A stretch of DNA of 14,611 nucleotides from Candidatus Eiseniibacteriota bacterium (lineage in GTDB: Bacteria > Eisenbacteria > RBG-16-71-46 > CAIMUX01 > VGJL01). Below are positions 7,791 through 14,611 of the stretch, piece after piece. A model generated the notes under the pieces. That model was not told the origin of the DNA. It saw only the letters and a program-made list of their open reading frames with translations, and did not search any database. Position numbers and translations under genes: made by a program. Numbering within the stretch: position 1 is the stretch's first letter; each line of letters starts with the position of its first letter. Location: positions 1-14,611 of the forward strand of contig JBHGAY010000052.1 of the NCBI GenBank assembly GCA_041946735.1, read 5' to 3'.

Positions 7791-9296
7791 TCAGTCGTCG
7801 GCGGTCGGCCGGAAGCGGCTACGCCACTCGTAGACGGTAGCTTTGGCGATCCCGGCGCGCCGGGCCACCTCCGGTAGATTCCCCCCCGATTCCCTCGTCA
7901 AGTAGTCGAAGTACCTGGCAGTCACCTGCCGGAAGGTCAGCCCCTCGAAGACCGCCCGCTCGCACGATTCCGGCACACGATGCGCCGACTCCGTCACCGC
8001 CGTCGAAGCGGCCGCAGAAACAGCCGCCGAGGCTCCCGTCGCGATCGCCTGCGGCGCCTGCGGAGGCGCTCCATTCCCGGGGCCGAAGACTGCCTCGCTC
8101 CTGCGCAAGACTTCGCGAACGTCGGCAAGGGTGATCTGGCACCGGCCGACCGCGCTCGCCGCCTCCAACACGGCTCGAAGCTCGCGCACATTGCCTTCCC
8201 ATGGAAGATCGGTCAGGTAGTCCATCGCCTCGCGCGCGATGCCTGTGATCCCGTTCTCGTCTCCTTGCCCTGCGTCTCGCAGGAAGCTTCGGATCAGAAC
8301 CGGGATGTCCTCTCGCCTCTCCCTTAGAGGTGGAATCGTGATCGCGTGCCAGGCGATCCGGTGGTAGAGGTCGCGACGAAACCGGCCTTCACGGACGAGA
8401 GCGGCCAGATCGCAGGACGTTGCACAAATCAAGCGGAAGCGGACCGGATAGCTGCGCGCGTCCCCGACGGGAACCACCTCGTGTCGGTCCAGCACGGTTA
8501 GCAGCTTCGCTTGCAGCTCGGACGGCAAGTCCGCGATCTCGTTGAGGAAAAGCGTGCCTCCGTGCGCCGATCGGATACGCCCCTGAGACGTCTCGCGGGC
8601 TCCGGTGAAAGCGCCGCGCACATGGCCGAAGAGCTCGCTCTCGATCAGGTTCGGATTGAGCGCTGCCATGTTGACGGCAACGTATGGGCGGGTCGAGTCT
8701 CCGCTCAGCGCGTGCGTCGCGAAAGCCAGCGTATCCTTCCCCGTCCCGGTCTCGCCGAGGAGGAGGATCGGACCACTCCCGGGTATCGCCTGGTAGAGAG
8801 AGACGAGGGTCGCGCACAGAGCCGGAGACGCGGATACCACTCCGATCTCGCGGAATCTGCCGAAGGTCTCTTCTCCGGTGCCCGCGCGAAGGTCGAAGAC
8901 TCTGTCCAGGCGGGCGCGGAGAATGTCCGGTTGCCGTTGCAGATCCTCCCAGGCCAGGAAGTCGGCTCGCTCGTTGGTCGCTTCCATCGCGGTCTCCTGG
9001 TCACGATGGCCCGTTATCATGAGAACGGGAACTTCGGGATATTCGCGACGGAGCCGTCGCAGGATATGGAGACCTTCGTTGTGACAGTCGCCTGGGGGGC
9101 CGATGAGTTCGGCGAGAGGCGCATGCGAGAAGTCGCGGTCGAGCAGCACGGCCCCGACAGAACGCGATCCGGGCTCTCCCAGGCGGGACTTCGCCTGAGG
9201 CCACGAGCCGACGAGATGGAAGGTGTAGCCGGCCAGGATCCTGCGGCAGAACGAATGCAGGTCTTCCCGGTCATCGATGATCAGCACTTCCCTCAT
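7791..9296 (-). CDS. Sigma-54-dependent response regulator (NtrC-family REC-AAA+-HTH), atypical, 501 aa
   Basis: REC (VLIIDD, VLLD, MITG); Walker A GETGTGKD; ESELFGHVRGAFTGA; TLFLNEI; GRFRRDLYHR; PPLRERREDI; WEGNVREL; HTH GNLPEVARRAGIAKATVYEW; GAGGTG RBS before ATG 9296. Confidence 0.95.
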   Translation of the reverse strand: MREVLIIDDREDLHSFCRRILAGYTFHLVGSWPQAKSRLGEPGSRSVGAVLLDRDFSHAPLAELIGPPGDCHNEGLHILRRLRREYPEVPVLMITGHRDQETAMEATNERADFLAWEDLQRQPDILRARLDRVFDLRAGTGEETFGRFREIGVVSASPALCATLVSLYQAIPGSGPILLLGETGTGKDTLAFATHALSGDSTRPYVAVNMAALNPNLIESELFGHVRGAFTGARETSQGRIRSAHGGTLFLNEIADLPSELQAKLLTVLDRHEVVPVGDARSYPVRFRLICATSCDLAALVREGRFRRDLYHRIAWHAITIPPLRERREDIPVLIRSFLRDAGQGDENGITGIAREAMDYLTDLPWEGNVRELRAVLEAASAVGRCQITLADVREVLRRSEAVFGPGNGAPPQAPQAIATGASAAVSAAASTAVTESAHRVPESCERAVFEGLTFRQVTARYFDYLTRESGGNLPEVARRAGIAKATVYEWRSRFRPTADD

Positions 9297-9325
9297 GGTC
9301 GCACCTCGAGGAATCCTGTCGGGAT

Positions 9326-11602
9326 TCACTTCACCATCATGCGAATGTCGGTCCTCTCGCCTTTCGAGAAGTGCACGAGGGGTCCATACGGCTCGACCGG
9401 CGCCGAGCGCGCCGCGTCGCTGAAGTCCCCCGTGCGGACGAAGAGCGGGCGAAGAGTCGCGTCCAGCCAGTACATCCGTCCATCGAAGAGTGTGACTTGA
9501 ACGACGGCTCCATCGCTCGACGGTTGACCGATGTCGATTCGTCTGATCTCCGGTCGGGTCCCCCGCCTCAACGGGGGAAGGATGAGGTAGCCTTTCTCCC
9601 CTGCTCTCGGCAGCCCCGCCCAGCAATGGTACGGGTAGGACTGCCCGGATATGCTGGGCGGCTCGAGCATCACCAGGCAGTCGACATAGGTTTGCGGGTC
9701 CTCGGGGAAGATCGTCGTGTCGCGGGCGACCTCGTTGTTGATCCCGTACATGAGGACTTCTTGCGCTCCGTCCCCATCGAAGTCCTCGCTCGCGCGCCAA
9801 GTCAGATGGCCGCAGTGGTAGTAGCATCCCAGGGAGTCACCGGAGGCGCGGAAGAACTGGGTGGCGGTCGGATAGTAGTCGACCACCCGCGCGTGCGTGA
9901 TGAGGACTGTTTCACGTTTCTCGCCCCAGAGGACTTCGCCGAGCCATCTGCAGGACGGACTGCCGGTGCGGCTGGCGAGCGGCCCGCGCTCCGGGTAGAT
10001 CCAACGCAGATGGTGGCTCTCGATCACTCTCCCCCGTCGATCGGCGATCCAGAGCTTCGATGGGCCACGGATGGGCTGCGTCGCCAACGCCAGGCGCGGC
10101 GACAGGCGGTCACGGTCCGTGATCGGGAAGATGCGGTCCGGGGACCTGCGCCTCTGGGTCGATGGATAGTCCGGAAGGTGATTCGTAAGGATCTCCTCTC
10201 CGAGCTCCCAGGACCAGAGAACCTTCCCTTCGTCGTTCATCCCGACGACCCTAGTGCCGCCTCGGACTTCAACGGTCGTCGCGGTGGGTCGGCTGACGGA
10301 AGCGAGCGCCAGGCCCGCGGCCAGGAGAACAACCGCGATGGCCGCCACCATCGGCCGCATGCTCCAGAGCGGGGGATCCGGAATCGGGATAGGAGTTCTG
10401 GTGAGATGAATGCGGAAGAGCGTGCCGACCCCCGCAGCGCTCCAGATGCACACGGAGCCCCGGCTGGCCAAGAACTCCTTCTTGGACTCCGTCAAACCAT
10501 GGCCGCGCCCCTTCGCATGCCGGCTGTAGCCCGACTCCCATATCTTGTCCTCGTCCTCTGGGTCCATCCCGATGCCGGAGTCCTCGATCTCGACCCAGAC
10601 GCCGGGCCGAGGGGATCCGGCGGGCGCGATTCCCGGAGAGGAAAGGCGCACGGTCACTGGAACCTCGTCCACGTTCACTTCCCGCGCGCCAGCGCGGCAG
10701 GCCCTTTCCTCGGTCGCTTCGACCGCGTTGCGGATGAGGTTCTTGAAAAGATCGTGCCAAAGGGCGGCATCGGCAACCGGGACCCAGCAAGTCGAAGAGA
10801 TGCCCCCCATGTCGAGGAGGATGGGGACGCGGGCGCGGGCCACGCCGGTGCCCGCTTCTCCGCAGCGTGTCGCTTCCGGATGCGCCGCCGTCGCGGCCTC
10901 CGGACGCGCATCCCTCAGTCCCGCTCCCACTCCTAGTCCCACTTCGCGCCGAACCTCGTCTGCCGCCTCGGTGAGGACATCTCCGATCGGAGCACCGTAG
11001 CGACGGGAAAGGTCGTCGGCGAGGCCCTTCGACAAGGTCCCGAGTCTGGAAATGCCGCGCTCGAATCGGGCAAGCGCGGAGAGCGAGAGAGGTTCGGCCT
11101 GCTCGAGCGGCCTGACGATCTGGCGGAGCCGCTGGACTGACGAGATCAGGCGCAGCAACAAGACGAGGGATCCGAAGCGGGCCGCGGCAGGGCGCGCGTG
11201 GCGGAGAGCGATCTTCTGGAAATCGAGGAGGATCTGCCCGGCGTCCTCGGCGTCGGACGCGAGATAGCGGCCGCGGCGCCACTCGTTCAGCAGGCCGGCC
11301 AGCCGGGCCGTTTTCGCCGCAGTCTCGTGAGATAGATGGCTTCGGAGAAGGTCGAGGGTCGGCGCGGTGACCTGCGATCGGCTCGCAAGAGCGGGGGCCA
11401 AGGCCATCACCGCGGAGACCGGGCGAAGACAGCGGGGAGATTGGAGCGAGCGGAGAGAGATGAGCGAGCGGCGAGAGCGGGGAGAACGGGGAGAACGAGG
11501 AGAGCGAGGAGAACGAAGCCTGGTCCGGACCAGAAACCGATAGGGAGGCTTCAGATACGCCTTGCGATTGCGATCGCGCATTCTCGGGAATCCCCTCGGC
11601 AC
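9326..11602 (-). CDS. Atypical membrane histidine kinase: N-terminal DHp-like and HATPase_c domains, one TM, C-terminal FG-GAP-like ectodomain (start uncertain: 11602, 11581 or 11407)
   Basis: Putative H-box LSHE; N-box NLIRNAVEA; G1 IEDSGIGM; G2 GRGHGL; GVGTLFRIHL; TM MVAAIAVVLLAAGLALASV; DFDGDGAQEVL; ends 29 bp upstream of the bEBP gene. Confidence 0.85.
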   Translation of the reverse strand: MPRGFPRMRDRNRKAYLKPPYRFLVRTRLRSPRSPRSPRSPRSRRSLISLRSLQSPRCLRPVSAVMALAPALASRSQVTAPTLDLLRSHLSHETAAKTARLAGLLNEWRRGRYLASDAEDAGQILLDFQKIALRHARPAAARFGSLVLLLRLISSVQRLRQIVRPLEQAEPLSLSALARFERGISRLGTLSKGLADDLSRRYGAPIGDVLTEAADEVRREVGLGVGAGLRDARPEAATAAHPEATRCGEAGTGVARARVPILLDMGGISSTCWVPVADAALWHDLFKNLIRNAVEATEERACRAGAREVNVDEVPVTVRLSSPGIAPAGSPRPGVWVEIEDSGIGMDPEDEDKIWESGYSRHAKGRGHGLTESKKEFLASRGSVCIWSAAGVGTLFRIHLTRTPIPIPDPPLWSMRPMVAAIAVVLLAAGLALASVSRPTATTVEVRGGTRVVGMNDEGKVLWSWELGEEILTNHLPDYPSTQRRRSPDRIFPITDRDRLSPRLALATQPIRGPSKLWIADRRGRVIESHHLRWIYPERGPLASRTGSPSCRWLGEVLWGEKRETVLITHARVVDYYPTATQFFRASGDSLGCYYHCGHLTWRASEDFDGDGAQEVLMYGINNEVARDTTIFPEDPQTYVDCLVMLEPPSISGQSYPYHCWAGLPRAGEKGYLILPPLRRGTRPEIRRIDIGQPSSDGAVVQVTLFDGRMYWLDATLRPLFVRTGDFSDAARSAPVEPYGPLVHFSKGERTDIRMMVK
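11443..11516. repeat. Purine-rich 9-bp degenerate tandem repeat (GRGGAGARC), reads (SPR)n in the kinase frame
   Basis: ggcgagagc ggggagaac ggggagaac gaggagagc gaggagaac plus decayed flanking units. Confidence 0.75.
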
Positions 11603-11827
11603 TCGCGCGCTTCTGCTCCCTCGTCACCACCCCGGTAGACGCGCGGACCGATCGTAACGGACGGGCTCCAGCAGGTCAATTCGGCACCGGTGCCGGTGTC
11701 GCAGCGATACCGGAGTTGTGTGGGCGTCGGCATCGGCGTGGCGACCGGCGTCGCGCGATGCTGCTCGCGGACAGCAGGCATCTGTCTCGAGGCGAAGTGG
11801 TCGGCATCTCGAGCGATCGAGCGATCA

Positions 11828-11907
11828 GATTCCGGACCCGCGGTATGGATTCCGGACGAGATGGGCCGAATTTCGGACGGGATCTCGGACCTGGGCCGAC
11901 TACGGAA
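11828..11907. promoter_or_regulatory. Clustered direct repeats (GATTCCGGAC x2, AATTTCGGAC, GATCTCGGAC), candidate enhancer (UAS) sites
   Basis: CGGAC ends at 11837, 11857, 11878, 11890 (20-21 bp phasing for the first three); near-palindrome GGCCGAATTTCGGAC; lies in the divergent region next to a bEBP operon. Confidence 0.45.
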
Positions 11908-12417
11908 GCAGTGCGGAGAGCATCCGGGGGTCCATCCGCTGAGCAGCATGCGGCCGACTGACCGGACGGGGTAGCGGAGCCGAGAGACGACTCGGGTTGA
12001 GTGTTGTCATTCCGAGGAAGCCTGGCATGCCGCGATCGTTGGCGACGAGTAACCGACCTGATGGCGGGCGTACTGATCGAAGAGGCCGCCTCCGAAGACG
12101 CCTTGGGCCCACGGGCCGTTCCGTTGGATACATGACCTACTCCGCGAGGCGGCCCGATGATCTCCGCAGGGCTGCACGCACGCATCCGCCGCCAATTATT
12201 AGATCGAAGGCGCGATTCGAGAGTCGCACTCCGAATTCCCGACTCGTCGGGTGTGGTATCCAGACGGGCCCAGCGGCGGAAGACGACCGCAGGGTCGAAC
12301 GAGGTGACCTCACATCTCGCATCTTTCGCGTTGGACGAGCGCTCGCCTCGGACATCCTCAGAATCGGCGCGGACGCTTGCCAAACTGAACACTCCGTCGC
12401 CCCCGTGTCTACTCCGA

Positions 12418-12433
12418 TGGCATGGGTCCTGCT
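12418..12433 (+). promoter_or_regulatory. Sigma-54 (-24/-12) promoter candidate for the 12514 gene
   Basis: TGGCATGGGTCCTGCT: GG-N10-GC spacing, close to TGGCAC-N5-TTGCW. Confidence 0.6.
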
Positions 12434-12513
12434 TGCCCCTTGGTGGCTGTTGGCTGCTCGCGTTTCGTTGACCTTTCGCACAGGCAGCGGACTCAACCGG
12501 AGGTGTATCACTC

Positions 12514-13248
12514 ATGCGCTCAGCTCTCGTCCTAGTTCTCGTCTTCGTGTTCTTCACCGGCTGCGCAACAACCAAGCCACCTCAGGTCTACACTCCACAG
12601 TTCGCGTTCTCAGCTCCTAACACTGCTGGCCCCGGTTCCGCCGGCGTCACCCTGGCCGTCGTCAATGCGCAATACGCGACGGACGCAGACTGGACGTCCG
12701 AGGCACCATTCTCCACCTTCGCCAGCACAATGAGCTCCGACTTTCAGGCGCTTCTCAATGCTCGTGGCTTCACTGTGCGGGGGCCCTTCCGGACAGTCGA
12801 CGAGATGACTTTCCCCGACAAGAAGGGAAGCGATCTCGTTCTCACTCCCACCCTCGAACTGGCCTTTGATCCCGTTCCCGGCTCGGCACGGCTCCGTGAC
12901 ACGACAGGGTTGTTGGCTGCTGCGTTGGCTGGCCAGAAAACCTACACCGCGGAAGTCGACTACACAGTGGGCGGACGGGTCACTTTGGCCGTGAGCGAAC
13001 CCCTCTCGGCGGAGCGCATGTGGTTCAAGAGTCTCCCGGTCGAGACCACAACAGTTCACCTGACGTACCGAGCGACCGGTGCTGGCATGGCCGACATCAA
13101 CCTAATGGAGAGCCGGGAACTTTGTGAAGCGCTCTCATCTACTTATGCCAGCATCCTCGATACCGCATGGAAGTACCTAGATCCAGACGAGATGGCGATC
13201 GCGAAGAAGCAGAGCGCAGAGATTCGCGCGAAGAAGGTATACGACTGA
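12514..13248 (+). CDS. Lipoprotein, HpaA/neuraminyllactose-binding hemagglutinin (NLBH)-like, 244 aa
   Basis: GGAGGT RBS; lipobox FTGC; FQALLNARGFTV..DEMTFPDKKG, GRVTLAVSEPLSAE and the C-terminal ALSSTYASILD..KYLD..KKQSAEIRAKK follow the HpaA pattern as I recall it. Confidence 0.8.
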   Translation: MRSALVLVLVFVFFTGCATTKPPQVYTPQFAFSAPNTAGPGSAGVTLAVVNAQYATDADWTSEAPFSTFASTMSSDFQALLNARGFTVRGPFRTVDEMTFPDKKGSDLVLTPTLELAFDPVPGSARLRDTTGLLAAALAGQKTYTAEVDYTVGGRVTLAVSEPLSAERMWFKSLPVETTTVHLTYRATGAGMADINLMESRELCEALSSTYASILDTAWKYLDPDEMAIAKKQSAEIRAKKVYD

Positions 13249-13324
13249 AACAGCGCGCCATGGAGCATCCACCCACTTGCGTAGCCCGCCCGCTTCGTCC
13301 GAGAGATTTGCCTGTCTCGGCGCT

Positions 13325-13340
13325 CGGCACATCTCCTGCT
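13325..13340 (+). promoter_or_regulatory. Second sigma-54 promoter candidate, for the 13405 gene
   Basis: CGGCACATCTCCTGCT: GG-N10-GC, same TCCTGCT -12 element as the 12418 site. Confidence 0.5.
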
Positions 13341-13404
13341 CTGCGCCGTAGAGGGAGGAACGTCCTCCGCTCATGCATCCCCTACCGAGTCAACAGAGGT
13401 GATC

Positions 13405-13919
13405 ATGTTGCCCAGGACCGCACGCCCCGCTTCGCTTGTCGCTTTCGCGCTTGTCTTATTCTGCTTCTTCCTGCCCTTCACAAGGCTCTCATGTCAGGGG
13501 CAACAAATCGCGACCATGACAGGCGTACAGCTAGCGATGGGTCGCACGATCCAAGATCAGACCGTCAGAGGAGAGATCGCTGCTGTGATCGCCGCGGCTG
13601 CAGCGTTGGGCGGTCTCCTCGCTTCTGTGAGCCGGCCGATCCGGCGTCCGCTCGAGAGGTTGATCGCGAGCGCAGTCGGGGCGCTTTCTCTCCTGTTCCT
13701 CAAAGCTCGTCTCGACAACCAAGTCCTGTCTAGGGGAGAAGGCGTACTAACCATCCACTATCTCTTCCCATACTGGCTGGCCTTTTGCCTCTTTGCGTCG
13801 GTGGGCGTCATGAACTGGCTCGCGCTCCGCTCCTCACCGCGAGCCGCGGCGGAAGACCCCCAAGCCGCTCCCATGAGAGAGGAGACTTCTCGTCGGACGG
13901 ACATGGGAGGCAGCTCACA

Positions 13920-13923
<4 letters not shown>
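13405..13923 (+). CDS. Uncharacterised integral membrane protein (about 4 TM), 172 aa
   Basis: GAGGTG RBS before ATG 13405; LFCFFLPFxxLSC..TGxQLxxG N-terminus; four hydrophobic segments. Confidence 0.8.

Positions 13924-14611
<688 letters not shown>

Noticed and set aside
7049..7840. Short ORFs across the array region (e.g. 7230..7691 -, 7376..7840 +)
   Set aside because: Arg/Ala/Pro-rich with no motifs; the 43-bp period is incompatible with a coding repeat
9297..9827. N-terminal extension of the bEBP ORF to 9827
   Set aside because: Overlaps the kinase gene; the REC domain begins at ATG 9296 with its own RBS
11943..11954. GCAGCATGCGGC matching the array palindrome
   Set aside because: Isolated; no partners at plus or minus 43 bp
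12023..12038. TGGCATG as a sigma-54 -24 box near the repeat cluster
   Set aside because: No GC at the -12 position (GG-N10-TC)
11676..12620. ORFs 11676..12575 (-) and 11997..12620 (+)
   Set aside because: No recognisable motifs, biased composition, and overlap with the lipoprotein gene and its promoter candidate

Overview
High-GC bacterial DNA. The C-terminal (S/T)WGx(I/L)(K/R)ALYR* motif on its secreted proteins suggests an FCB-group candidate lineage such as Eisenbacteria/Latescibacterota (inference from memory, not searched). From left to right: (1) a minus-strand operon of RlmD/TrmA-family RNA methyltransferase, GIY-YIG nuclease, secreted tandem-SRPBCC protein and YciI-SRPBCC fusion; (2) exported proteins, three of them ending in the WG..LYR motif (one intact, one frameshifted, one short remnant missed by the ORF track), plus a Trp-rich lipoprotein; (3) an intergenic array of 13-14 degenerate palindromes at an exact 43-bp period; (4) an atypical two-component pair: a histidine kinase with inverted topology (kinase, TM, C-terminal FG-GAP-like ectodomain) and a sigma-54 enhancer-binding response regulator with Walker B D->N and no receiver Lys; (5) divergent from it, a lower-GC cluster with two sigma-54-like promoters, an HpaA-like lipoprotein, a membrane protein and a lipoprotein gene broken twice by IS3-family DNA. 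The window ends inside the left end of an IS3-family element. The best novelty candidates are the 43-bp phased palindrome array and the inverted-HK/atypical-bEBP system.
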